Shown: piece after piece, positions 1 to 9,071 of the stretch
Position numbering within the stretch: the first letter of the stretch is position 1
Layout of the letters: every line of letters begins with the position of its first letter
DNA from: Betaproteobacteria bacterium
GTDB lineage: Bacteria; Pseudomonadota; Gammaproteobacteria; Burkholderiales; SG8-41
Assembly (NCBI GenBank): GCA_016199545.1
Contig: JACQGN010000031.1
Coordinates: forward strand, 1 to 62,338
Length of the DNA: 62,338 bases
Direction: 5' to 3'
Translations under genes and position numbers: made by a program
The notes under the pieces: model-generated
Seen by the model: the letters and a program-made list of their open reading frames with translations, nothing else
Databases searched by the model: none
Told to the model about the DNA's origin: nothing

Positions 1-38
1 AGCCGTGGACGCCGGTTCGATTCCGACCCCCGCCTCCA
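1..38 (+). tRNA. 3' end of a tRNA truncated by the window edge (probably tRNA-Cys; Gly not excluded)
   Basis: T-loop GGTTCGATTCC at 14-24. Acceptor 3' strand is CCCCGCC (28-34), discriminator T35, CCA 36-38. A U73 discriminator is typical of Cys and Gly tRNAs. Its position just upstream of tRNA-Leu(UAA) mirrors the E. coli glyW-cysT-leuZ order. Confidence 0.55.
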
Positions 39-102
39 GAGACATGGCGCTCCTGCGAGGAACGAATCCTGGCGGCAGTTGCGTGCGTAAGGACATGAAT
101 CC

Positions 103-187
103 GGGCGAGTGGTGGAATTGGTATACACAAGGCACTTAAAATGCCTCGGCGCAAGCCACGCCGGTTCGACTCCGGTCTCGCCCACCA
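103..187 (+). tRNA. tRNA-Leu (anticodon TAA)
   Basis: Hand-folded cloverleaf. Acceptor GGGCGAG pairs with CTCGCCC. Anticodon stem-loop is AGGCA-CTTAAAA-TGCCT with anticodon TAA. Long variable arm CGGCGCAAGCCACG (class II tRNA). T arm is GCCGG-TTCGACT-CCGGT, discriminator A, encoded CCA. Confidence 0.9.
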
Positions 188-259
188 CTTGAACGGGCTG
201 CGGGTTGCAGCCTGCAGCGGTACCGGCCGATTCCTCGACCGAGAAAGCGACGAAACGCT

Positions 260-721
260 GTGATTGTTTTTGATTTAAGTTGCGATAAGAAACACCGGTT
301 CGAGGGGTGGTTTGCCTCGGGCGAGGACTTCGATCGCCAGTTGGGCGCGAAGCTTCTCGCGTGCCCGGTATGCGGCAGCGAGAGCGTCGTCCGCGTGCCG
401 CACGCAGTGCGGATCAATACCGGCGCCCGCGAAGACGCGCGGTCACCGCCGTCATCACCGGCGCCCGCAACGGAAACGCCGCAGCAGTACGCCAATCTCG
501 GTGCCGATCTGCTCACCAAACTGATCGACCACATCATCGCGACCACCGAGGACGTCGGTACGGCGTTTCCGGAAGAGGCGAGAAAGATCCACTACCGCGA
601 AGCGCCGGAGCGTCACATCCGCGGCACCGCCTCGCAAAAGGATGTCGAGGCGCTCGGCGAGGAAGGCATCGAGGTCGCCGCGCTACCGATTCCATTGCAC
701 CGTTTACGCAAGGCGCATTGA
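260..721 (+). CDS. DUF1178-family zinc-ribbon protein
   Basis: GTG start. The N-terminus MIVFDLSCDKKHRFEGWF...ACPVCGS matches the characteristic DUF1178 opening with a CxxC pair. Confidence 0.7.
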   Translation: MIVFDLSCDKKHRFEGWFASGEDFDRQLGAKLLACPVCGSESVVRVPHAVRINTGAREDARSPPSSPAPATETPQQYANLGADLLTKLIDHIIATTEDVGTAFPEEARKIHYREAPERHIRGTASQKDVEALGEEGIEVAALPIPLHRLRKAH

Positions 722-1045
722 TTCATGGCCGTACGCTGAACCGGGGACCTGCCCAGCCGTACCCGTTCGCGTAGCCAGCGAATCCAGCAAGCCGGCCGTA
801 GAGTCCCTCGTCGCCGCGACGATCGTCCGCCGGCGGCGGCATCCGCCCTTCGACGGGATGGAAGGCGGTGCGCTGCGTTTTGTCGCGGAGCGCATATCCC
901 TGGTGGTGACCCGTGCACCGCGCCGCGATCGCGGCATACGGAGGGCCTGGCGCCCCTGTCGTCCACGCAACCCGTGCACACAACGCGTTATGTGGTGGAA
1001 ATACAACAATTTGGAGTGTCCAGGTGATTTGCCTAGTCAATAAGT

Positions 1046-1073
1046 TTGACTGTATAAATAGACTGCTTATACT
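1046..1073 (+). promoter_or_regulatory. Candidate sigma70-type promoter for the MerR-cyclase gene
   Basis: TTGACT (1046-1051), a 16-nt spacer, then TATACT (1068-1073). It sits in a locally AT-rich stretch about 50 nt upstream of the ATG at 1122. Confidence 0.35.
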
Positions 1074-1121
1074 GTCCATGAAAGGAACCGAAAGAGGCAC
1101 CACGACAAGATTGAGTCCAGA

Positions 1122-2615
1122 ATGATATCAAGCAAGGAACTCATTGATAAGACGGGTATTTCCAGAGCCACTCTCAACAACTATATCGCCATGGGGCTAC
1201 TGCCCAGGCCACTGGTCAGCACGCCTAGCCATGACGAAGACAGTCGAGCGCGGCAACTGGGATATTTTCCCGACAGTGCGATCGAACGCATTGCCGGAAT
1301 ACAGCAGATGAAGAGGGAGGGCTATTCCATGGCAGAGATCGTTTCGAGGTTTGCGGCGGATGTGCCGCGGCCCGAACCAGTGAGCACCGGGCGTGGCGCG
1401 GTGCCGGCAGCAGCCGCCGAGGGCGGCGATGAGGCCCCGAAACTGACTGTCGAGGGAATCGCGCATCCGGCGTTCATGGTGAACTACAACTTCGAGGTGA
1501 TCTGGTTCAACAACCCCGCGCACAACCTGTTGCTGGGCGCGGGCACGCCTTTGCCCCCCACCAGCGAGGCGCGCAATCTCTTTCGGCTGCTGCTCACGCG
1601 CGAGCTGCCGAACCGCAATCGTCTTGCGTTGCTGCGGTTTCACCTGTCGCTCGCCAAGGAACGCGTGTCCAAGACCACTCTCATGACCGCGTGCCAGGGG
1701 GCTTCGCCGGAGCGGATCGCCTTGCTCGACCGCCTGTACGGCGAAAGTGCGAAAGAGGACGCGCGCCCCATCCTTGACGCGCCGCTCGATCTCGAAGGCG
1801 CGAATGCGGAGATCGTGACCTATCGCAGCTATGCCGCGTTTTTCCGCGAGGGCGTCCTCGTCATCATGATCCCGGTGGGGCAGGAAAGCGAGAGCCTGCT
1901 CGAGTTCCTGGCGCGGCGCGACGAGGTGATCCGGTCGCTGCTGCGGCGGCGCCTGCCCGTTCTCACCGACCTCGCGGTGCTGGTGGCGGACCTGCAGAAC
2001 TCGGTGAAAATCTGCTCCGAACTTCCGCCCGAGGAGTACTTCGAACTCATCAACGAGATCTGCTGCGCCATGACGCCGATCTTCCGCAAGTATTACGGCA
2101 CGCACGGCAAGCACGTGGGCGACGGACTCATGTATTACTTCTTCCCGCAGCCTGATTCCAACTATATATTCAATGCCCTGCGCTGCTCGCGCGAGATCAA
2201 GTCCGAAATCCAGAAGATCAGCAAGGCGTGGCAGATCCGCAAGAACTGGCTGAACGAGCTGTACCTCAACGTCGGGCTCACCGAAGGGCAGGAATGGCTG
2301 GGCACCTTCCAGTCGGCCACCAGCGTCGAGTTCGTCGTGCTCGGGGACAGCATCAACCAGGCGGCGCGGATCAGCGATTTCGCCCGTTATGGTTCAATAT
2401 GGGCGACGAAGAGCTTCATCGGCAAGCTTTCCGCGAACGAGCGCAATCTGGTGCGCTTCGGGGTGAAGCGCCAGACGCCGGAAGGCCGCGAGGTGTTCGT
2501 GGCATCGAGCTTCGCCCAGGTCTCGGCGCTGGTGAACCTGGACGGTGCGCGCACCGAGAAGCTCCGGGACATCGGCGCGTTGCCGGTGACGGAGATCGTC
2601 GAAATCACGAGCTGA
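1122..2615 (+). CDS. MerR-type HTH fused to a class III adenylate/guanylate cyclase-like domain
   Basis: N-terminus ISSKELIDKTGISRATLNNYIAMGLLPRP is a MerR-like HTH. The C-terminal half carries cyclase-like motifs (LAVLVADLQNS..., HVGDGLMYYF, VVLGDSINQAARI). High GC3 throughout. Confidence 0.7.
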   Translation: MISSKELIDKTGISRATLNNYIAMGLLPRPLVSTPSHDEDSRARQLGYFPDSAIERIAGIQQMKREGYSMAEIVSRFAADVPRPEPVSTGRGAVPAAAAEGGDEAPKLTVEGIAHPAFMVNYNFEVIWFNNPAHNLLLGAGTPLPPTSEARNLFRLLLTRELPNRNRLALLRFHLSLAKERVSKTTLMTACQGASPERIALLDRLYGESAKEDARPILDAPLDLEGANAEIVTYRSYAAFFREGVLVIMIPVGQESESLLEFLARRDEVIRSLLRRRLPVLTDLAVLVADLQNSVKICSELPPEEYFELINEICCAMTPIFRKYYGTHGKHVGDGLMYYFFPQPDSNYIFNALRCSREIKSEIQKISKAWQIRKNWLNELYLNVGLTEGQEWLGTFQSATSVEFVVLGDSINQAARISDFARYGSIWATKSFIGKLSANERNLVRFGVKRQTPEGREVFVASSFAQVSALVNLDGARTEKLRDIGALPVTEIVEITS

Positions 2616-2690
2616 CGCACGACGCATTGCCGGGGCGCGCCGGCCGGAACGTCCCACGCGCCGTCGGGTGCGGGAGACGAGGGATATCAC

Positions 2691-3902
2691 ATGAGCGTAA
2701 CGGCAGAGGACGTTGAGGCTGCGGCATCCGCGCTACGGGGCAGCATCGTCGAGACGCCCTGCCTGCATTCGCGCACGCTCTCGGAGGTGACGGGCGCGGA
2801 AGTCTGGCTCAAGTTCGAAAACCTCCAGTTCACGGCTTCGTTCAAGGAACGCGGCGCGCTCAACAAGCTCCTCTCGCTCGATGCGGAGCAACGCAAGGCA
2901 GGCGTGGTCGCCGCCTCCGCGGGTAATCACGCGCAGGGCGTGGCCTACCACAGCCGGCGGCTCGGCATCCCGGCGGTGATCGTAATGCCGCGGCACACGC
3001 CCCACGTCAAAGTGGAGCGCACGCGCGCGTTCGGCGCCGAGATCGTGCTCGCGGGCGGGGGCTTCGACGAGGCGCAGGCGCGCGCATTGGGACTCGCGGC
3101 GCAACGCCGGCTCACGCTGGTTCACGCGTACGATGACGAGAAAGTCATCGCCGGACAGGGCACGGTTGCGCGGGAGATGCTCGGCGCGGCGCCGCAGCTC
3201 GACGCCCTCGTGGTGCCGGTCGGAGGCGGCGGGCTGATCGCGGGAATGGCGCTTGCGGCGAGGCACATCAAGCCGCGCATCGAGATCGTCGGCGTGCAAA
3301 GCGAGCGTTTTCCGTCGCTTTATGCCGCGTTGAAGGCGGTGCGGCCGGTGTTCGGCGCCAACACGATCGCGGACGGCATCGCAGTGAAAGACCCCGGCGC
3401 GCTTACGCTGCCGATCATCCGGAAATGCGTGGACGACGTCCTGCTGGTCGACGAAGGCGGCATCGAGCAGGCGATCGTGATGCTGCTCGAGATCGAAAAG
3501 ACGGTGACCGAGGGCGCCGGCGCCGCGGCGCTCGCCGCGCTGCTGCGCCACCGGCTGCACTTCAAGGGGCGAAAGGTGGGGCTGGTGCTCTCGGGCGGCA
3601 ACATCGATCCCATGTTGCTCGGCTCGATCATCGAGCGCGGGCTGGTGCGTTCCGGACGGCTCGCGCGGCTGCGCGTGGAACTACGCGACCTGCCGGGCTC
3701 GCTTGCGCAGGTGACGGCGCTCCTCTCCGAGTTGCAGGCGAATATCGAGGAGGTGCATCACCAGAGGACGTTTACCCAGCTCCCGGTACAGGTCGCGGCG
3801 GTCGAATTCGTGCTGCAGACGCGCAATACAGCGCACGTGCAGGAGATCGTGGCCGCATTGACGGCGGCCGGGTACACGGCGCGGGTCGTGCCGCCGGTGT
3901 AG
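2691..3902 (+). CDS. ilvA: Threonine ammonia-lyase (threonine dehydratase), short form with one C-terminal regulatory domain
   Basis: PLP fold-type II motifs: FENLQFTASFKERGALNK (PLP lysine), SAGNHAQGVAY and the glycine loop VPVGGGGLIAG. Length 403 aa. Confidence 0.85.
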   Translation: MSVTAEDVEAAASALRGSIVETPCLHSRTLSEVTGAEVWLKFENLQFTASFKERGALNKLLSLDAEQRKAGVVAASAGNHAQGVAYHSRRLGIPAVIVMPRHTPHVKVERTRAFGAEIVLAGGGFDEAQARALGLAAQRRLTLVHAYDDEKVIAGQGTVAREMLGAAPQLDALVVPVGGGGLIAGMALAARHIKPRIEIVGVQSERFPSLYAALKAVRPVFGANTIADGIAVKDPGALTLPIIRKCVDDVLLVDEGGIEQAIVMLLEIEKTVTEGAGAAALAALLRHRLHFKGRKVGLVLSGGNIDPMLLGSIIERGLVRSGRLARLRVELRDLPGSLAQVTALLSELQANIEEVHHQRTFTQLPVQVAAVEFVLQTRNTAHVQEIVAALTAAGYTARVVPPV

Positions 3903-4126
3903 CATCCGCGCGGCGGGAAGCGGTGCGGTGAGTTGACGGGGACCCGCGAAAGGCGCCACTGGTATCCCGACGGGGAGATCTAGGCGCGGTTCGAAGCCGG
4001 GCGACTTGCCGATCGAGCAGCCGACCAAGTATGACCGCGACCGGGATTCAGCCCGCGCATCGCAGGCGCCGCAATGGTCGACGTCATTGCGTGACCAGGG
4101 ACCATTCCGGTCATGGTGTGCGCGGG

Positions 4127-5107
4127 CTATTCCTGCTCTATACCCGCAGCACGCATCACGCCACGCCAGTTCTCAATGTCCGCCTTGATGAAGTCGGCGA
4201 ATTCCTGAGGCGGCCTGGTTTGCACCACCACGCCGCGCGCGGCGAGCTTCTCGCCCATTTCCGGGCTTTTCACCAGCGCACTCACCTCCCGGTTGAGGAG
4301 GTCGATGGCGTGCTGCGGGGTCCCCCGCGGCGCCACCATCCCGTACCAGGGGCCCGCGACGAGGTCGACACCGACCTCGCGCAGCGTCGGCAACTCGGGC
4401 GCGAAAGTGAGCCGCTTCTCGGCGGCCACCCCGAGCGTTCTGACTTTCTTCGCTCGCACCATCGCCAGCGCCCCGCTGATGTTGGGCATGCCGAACTGCA
4501 CTTCGCCCGTCAGGAGCGCCATCATGGACGGGCCCGTTCCCTTGTACGCCACGTGCGTGATCTTGATGCCCACCTGTTTTGCGAAGTACTCGTTCACGAG
4601 ATGGCCGATGCCGCCGGTGCCGGGGGAGGAATAGAACAATTCGCCGGGCCGCTTCTTCGCCAGCGCAATGAACCCCTTCACCGAAGTCACGGGCAGCGCA
4701 GGGTGCGTTACGAGCACGAACGGCACCGCGCCAACCTGCGCCACGCCCGCGAAATCCCGGACCGGATCATATGGCAGCTTCTTGTTGTAGGCGGCCGTCG
4801 TCGCCAGCGATGAAGTGCAAAAAAGGATCGTGTAGCCATCTGGCGTCGACTTGGCGACGATCTCAGTGCCCAGGACGCTGGCGGCGCCGGGCCGATTCTC
4901 GACGACGAACGACTGACCCAGCTTCTCGCTGAGCTTCGGCGCCAGCATGCGCGCGACGATGTCGGACCCGCCCGGTGCGAACGGCACGATCACGCGTACG
5001 GGACGTACGGGGTAGGGCGTGGCCTCAGCCGCTCCCGCAGGCTGCGCGCCCGCCGCAATGGCCGCGCAGATGCCACCGATCAGTAAACATCGAGAACATT
5101 TCATCAT
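4127..5107 (-). CDS. Tripartite tricarboxylate transporter substrate-binding protein (Bug/TctC family)
   Basis: Signal peptide MMKCSRCLLIGGICAAIAAGAQPAGA. Bug-family core YPVRPVRVIVPFAPGGSDIVAR...LPYDPVRDFAGVA...SSPGTGGIGHL. An AAGGAGA RBS precedes the ATGATG at 5107/5104. The longer track ORF (to 5167) is probably an over-extension. Confidence 0.85.
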   Translation of the reverse strand: MMKCSRCLLIGGICAAIAAGAQPAGAAEATPYPVRPVRVIVPFAPGGSDIVARMLAPKLSEKLGQSFVVENRPGAASVLGTEIVAKSTPDGYTILFCTSSLATTAAYNKKLPYDPVRDFAGVAQVGAVPFVLVTHPALPVTSVKGFIALAKKRPGELFYSSPGTGGIGHLVNEYFAKQVGIKITHVAYKGTGPSMMALLTGEVQFGMPNISGALAMVRAKKVRTLGVAAEKRLTFAPELPTLREVGVDLVAGPWYGMVAPRGTPQHAIDLLNREVSALVKSPEMGEKLAARGVVVQTRPPQEFADFIKADIENWRGVMRAAGIEQE

Positions 5108-5427
5108 TCTTCTCCTTGCATCCTTGACTGAATAGGGTTGAACTCGACTGTTACTCCGACACGACAATTGCGGTATTGACCTATGTCAAATTTATGCCTC
5201 GAGGGCATGACTCGTGCAACTGCTCCCCGCTCCGACCAGCAGTTCTCGCGCGCAGCGAGAACCTGACGATCGCATTCCGAAGCCGGTAACGACAGACCGG
5301 CATGCGTCACGGTGACGTGACCAAATGAGGCCACGGCAGGTGGCAAACCTGTGAAGCCCTGCGAATTCTCATGTTGCGAATTCACGCGCTTCCTGCCGCG
5401 GCCTTGAGCATTTGTGAAAAAAAGCAG

Positions 5428-5685
5428 ATGCTACGGGGCATGGGCGCAATACTCGGAAATGACGGCATTGGCGGCGCACGATCGATCTTTCCGTCCAGGC
5501 TGGAATTTACGTTCTACGAGATTGCGCTTCCTGCGGCGCAGTACCGGGATTCCCACATCCAAAGTCTCGGCGGTGGCTGGTACTGCTACTCCGAGCTACC
5601 GTGGTTTTTCACCTATCGCACGGTCGAGTGGACCGAGCAGGAGGTCAAGGCGCACATGGCGCGGATTCATAAGTGGCTCTGGTGA
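5428..5685 (+). CDS. Small hypothetical protein
   Basis: The second half of the ORF has high GC3 and a protein-like sequence (GGGWYCYSELPWFFTYRTVEWTEQEVKAHMARIHKWLW). The start is uncertain and no clear RBS was found. Confidence 0.35.
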   Translation: MLRGMGAILGNDGIGGARSIFPSRLEFTFYEIALPAAQYRDSHIQSLGGGWYCYSELPWFFTYRTVEWTEQEVKAHMARIHKWLW

Positions 5686-5728
5686 TGTCGTTCCATGGCG
5701 GGCACGGGCTAAATGCGCTGTGCCCGCA

Positions 5729-6916
5729 ATGGTTTCGACCAACCGGGGGCATCTACGTGGGCCATCCCTTACATTTCCTGACTTGCCAAGCGGCAATACA
5801 TTGAGCACGCCGGTCTTGGTTGTCGTCGCAGGGGTGCTCCTCCTCGGCGCCCCGCTGTCGGGGGTATGGTTTGCAGGCCAACCCCTTGGCCCTTTCCTTG
5901 AATTTCCCCCACAGCTTGGGCGGAGTGTGTCGCCCGTCTTCTCATGGATCGCATTCTGGTCGCTTGCCGCGCTGATCGTAACTGCGGTTTTACCCTTCGC
6001 CTGGCGCATGTTCCGAACACTGCGAGCGCCGTGCGCACCCATCGATCGGCACCGGTTCCCGATGTGGGGTTGGATGGCTCTACTTTGGCTCGTTGCGGCC
6101 TGGACGCTCGCTTGGACGCGCTTTACGTGGTTCGACGCGTTCCAGCAACACACTTTCGCGCCACTGTGGCTTGGCTACACCGCCGTCGTGAGCGCGTTGA
6201 CGGTTCAGCGCAAGGGGAGCGCGCTGCTCACGCGAAGGCCATGGCGCTTTGCGCTGCTCTTTCCGCTGAGCGCCCTGTTCTGGTGGTTTTTTGAGTACCT
6301 CAACCGATTCGTCGGCAACTGGTACTACGTGGGCATCGCTGAATTGGGCCCGATTGAATACACGTTCTTTGCCACACTCGCTTTCTCGACGGTCCTGCCG
6401 GCGGTAGCGAGCACCGCGGAGTGGTTGGACACGATGCCGCGGTTTCGCCAGGCCTTTGGACGCTGGCATCCGATACAGGTGCCGCACCCGAGAGCCGCAG
6501 CCATTATTGTGCTTATCGTCACAGCGCTTTCACTTGCCGGACTCGGCGCTTTCCGCGAGTACCTATATCCGCTCGTGTGGATTTCCCCGGGCCTTGTCAT
6601 CATTGCGCTTCAGGCGCTCGCCGACCGGAGCACTGTGCTCGGGCCGCTAGCCGACGGCGACTGGCGCGGAGTTGCGACCTATTCGGCGGCAGCACTGATC
6701 TGCGGGTTCTTCTGGGAAATGTGGAACTCAGGCAGCCTCGCCCATTGGGAGTACAGCATCCCGTACGTGGATGCCTGCCGGCTGTTCGAGATGCCGGTGC
6801 TGGGCTACGCGGGCTATTTGCCCTTCGGCATCGAATGCGCGGTCATCGCCGCATTGGCGCTGAACGGGGTAGAGTTTGAAGCTGTACCACGCTATCGTCG
6901 TCATGACGAAGGGTAG
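5729..6916 (+). CDS. Polytopic membrane protein of unknown function
   Basis: At least 8 hydrophobic segments with W/F-rich loops (FFEYLNRFVGNWYY, FFWEMWNSGSLAHWEYSIPYV). The ATG at 5729 is chosen because the upstream 105 codons of the track ORF are Arg/Ser-rich and not protein-like. Confidence 0.6.
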   Translation: MVSTNRGHLRGPSLTFPDLPSGNTLSTPVLVVVAGVLLLGAPLSGVWFAGQPLGPFLEFPPQLGRSVSPVFSWIAFWSLAALIVTAVLPFAWRMFRTLRAPCAPIDRHRFPMWGWMALLWLVAAWTLAWTRFTWFDAFQQHTFAPLWLGYTAVVSALTVQRKGSALLTRRPWRFALLFPLSALFWWFFEYLNRFVGNWYYVGIAELGPIEYTFFATLAFSTVLPAVASTAEWLDTMPRFRQAFGRWHPIQVPHPRAAAIIVLIVTALSLAGLGAFREYLYPLVWISPGLVIIALQALADRSTVLGPLADGDWRGVATYSAAALICGFFWEMWNSGSLAHWEYSIPYVDACRLFEMPVLGYAGYLPFGIECAVIAALALNGVEFEAVPRYRRHDEG

Positions 6917-7061
6917 CGCGCTCGTGATGTGTTAGCACTCGGGCCGGGGCTGGCACGCTACATTGGCTAACTGCTTCGGGTCGTATTGTGCCTGTCGTCC
7001 GACGGTCGCGAACCGGCCATGAAGCGACGGTCGCCGATGTTGCTTCGGACGACCGCTGTTT

Positions 7062-7167
7062 GGCCAAACCGGACGCTGACAATCTGCTCGGGAGGCAATC
7101 AGGGCAGCCCGCCGGAATGTCCGCTTCCCGAAAACATGAATTGGTCCTTTCGACCCGAAGCTGCCGG
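7062..7167. repeat. Left copy of a 106-bp inverted repeat
   Basis: Aligned by eye to the reverse complement of 11052-11157 with about 5 mismatches and no gaps. Shared core: AACCGGACGCTGACAATCTGCTCGGGAGGCAATCAGGGCAGCCCGCCGGAATGTCCGCTTCCCGAAAAC. Confidence 0.85.
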
Positions 7168-7315
7168 ATCATGTTTCCCCTCTTGCGATGCTGCCGATTG
7201 GCAGATACTTGCATGCAACTTGGGTGGGGCATCGTATTTCGTGGAAACGCATCAGTGCCGGTCTCAACGGGCTTAGAGGTCTCCCATTCGTAACGATTCC
7301 ATAAAGGAGGTTGCC

Positions 7316-7768
7316 ATGAAAGTGATACATCGTTTGTCGATGTTTGGTGCAGCGGTTCTTCTGGCCGGCTGTGCCGCGATGGGCGGGGGTGACACCCTCC
7401 AGGTGAGAATCACCGGCGCGGAAGAAGTGCCTCCCGTAAATACCAGCGCTTCAGGCAGCGGCACCATCACCGTTAGCGAGGATGGGTCGGTGAGCGGTAG
7501 CTTCAAGTTGCAGAACGCCGCACAGATTGTTGCGGCACACATACATGTAGGTGCAGCAGGTCGGAACGGGCCGGTTATCATTCCGCTGCAGAAAATCGCC
7601 GACAACGAATGGGTGGTGCCGCCGGGTGCGAAGCTGAACGGATCGCAGCATCAGAGCTACAAAGCGGGCGGGCTGTATGTGAACTTCCACAGCGCGAAGT
7701 ACAAACGCGGCGAGATTCGCGGCCAGCTCCGACCAGGCGGCGGTAGCGGCCGCAGCAGCGGCTATTGA
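7316..7768 (+). CDS. CHRD-domain lipoprotein
   Basis: AAAGGAGG RBS. Lipobox LLAGC. CHRD-type motifs AAHIHVGAAGRNGPVI and YVNFHSAKYKRGEIRGQL. Confidence 0.8.
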   Translation: MKVIHRLSMFGAAVLLAGCAAMGGGDTLQVRITGAEEVPPVNTSASGSGTITVSEDGSVSGSFKLQNAAQIVAAHIHVGAAGRNGPVIIPLQKIADNEWVVPPGAKLNGSQHQSYKAGGLYVNFHSAKYKRGEIRGQLRPGGGSGRSSGY

Positions 7769-7778
7769 TCTTGCGCAA

Positions 7779-7798
7779 GAGCCGCTTGGGCGCGGCTC
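7779..7798 (+). terminator. Candidate stem-loop terminator after the CHRD gene
   Basis: GAGCCGC-TTGGGC-GCGGCTC, a 7-bp perfect stem 11 nt after the stop codon. The T-tract that follows is weak (ATTTGC). Confidence 0.35.
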
Positions 7799-8018
7799 AT
7801 TTGCAAGGTTTACGAGGCCGACCGGCTCGAATGTCCGGTCCTGGCCGGGAGTACGCACTGGGTCGCGGTTTCACAAAGCGGCCCCAGGCCATGGGCCAAG
7901 CTTTTCGACCACTGGCCGCATTGTTTCGGTAGAGCCCGATAGCAGACGTGATTTGCTGCAACACAGCCTATTGCAGGGGGTGGCCAGCTTTGACACCAGC
8001 CACCCTGGCTACGTCACC

Positions 8019-8634
8019 CTAAATTTCAGTCTGTTCGGAGATTTCCAAAGCATCATCGACTTCAATACCTAAGTATCGAACGGTGCTTTCAAGCTTGCTG
8101 TGCCCGAGCAGCAACTGGACGGCCCGCAGATTCTTGGTCCGACGATAGATCAAGGTTGCCTTGGTCCTGCGCATCGTGTGTGTGCCGTAGGCTGAGGGAT
8201 CGACGCCGATAGAACCGACCCACCGGTGCACGATTCTGGCGTACTGCCGGGTTGATACGTGAGGAGAATTGTGTGTACGGCTCGGGAAAAGGTACTGCTC
8301 CAGCTTGAGATTGGCCTTTGCAATCCATGCGGCGACAGCATTTCTGGTCTGTTCGGTCAGCTCAAACTGCACTGGCCGCTGAGTCTTCCTTTGCACGACC
8401 ATCGCCCCGGGCTGGATTTGGTGGCCATGAACAAGGTCGCGAACCCGAAGACTAACCAGGTCGCAGCCGCGAAGCTTGCTGTCGACGGCGAGATTGAATA
8501 GCGCCAATTCTCGAATGCGCTGGTCCAGCTGAAGGTGAATGCGAATTGCCCAGATGTCTTTCAGTTTCAGGGGTGCCTTCTGGCCGACGAGCTTGCCCTT
8601 GTTCCAAGGTCCGTGGGTTTGAGCGGTTTCTATT
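8019..8634 (-). pseudogene. Small tyrosine recombinase/integrase, apparently frameshifted and lacking a canonical start
   Basis: The open C-terminal frame (8019-8507 and upstream) carries the catalytic region: DSKLRGCDLVSLRVRDL, HTMRRTKATLIY, LLGHSKLESTVRYLG. The N-terminal segment ETAQTHGPWNKGKLVGQ lies in a different frame (8581-8631). KAPLKLKDIWAIRIHLQ follows in the catalytic frame after one extra base near 8580. Upstream of the AAGGAG RBS-like site the only start-like codon is ATA (8632-8634); no ATG, GTG or TTG occurs before the TAG at 8680-8682. Confidence 0.6.
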
Positions 8635-9071
8635 ACAGACTCCTTTTCGGTTAAACGGAGTCTGATTTTGCGGTGGACCTATAGGGGGATAGGCGGCCTG
8701 GGCCGGTCAGTCACAGCCGCCGCAGGCTTCCGCTTGGCGCGGTAAAGGCGACAGTCGGAGGAGGGGATGGTGGGTGTGGTTTCTGTCCGCGGGTCGGATT
8801 TCGGTCCGCGATGCGGAACCCTGGCCCAGCGCGTACTCCCGGCCAATTGCTGCCTCTCACTGATCGGCACAACCGAGTCACTCACCGACTGATTGGACCG
8901 AATGGGGTGCTCGCCGATCGATACACAATGTGGCAAGCCGCTCCTGCTGCGCGATTGGTGTAATCCGCGCGAAACATCCTTCAATTGCTTAGCGAGACTT
9001 GGAAATGGGCTGGAATAGGTGGTTAGCGCAATTCACGCACGACGTGTCAATCTTGTTCGCGCACCAACACC

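Noticed and set aside
723-1103. Overlapping ORFs (both strands) in the 400-bp spacer after the DUF1178 gene.
   Set aside because: The frames are mutually overlapping with Arg/Pro/Ala-rich translations, and none has an RBS or recognisable motif. The region is treated as intergenic, possibly a gene remnant.
8679-8984. 101-aa minus-strand ORF upstream of the integrase remnant.
   Set aside because: The translation is Ser/Arg/Pro-rich with no start context or motif. It is probably non-coding DNA of the decayed element.
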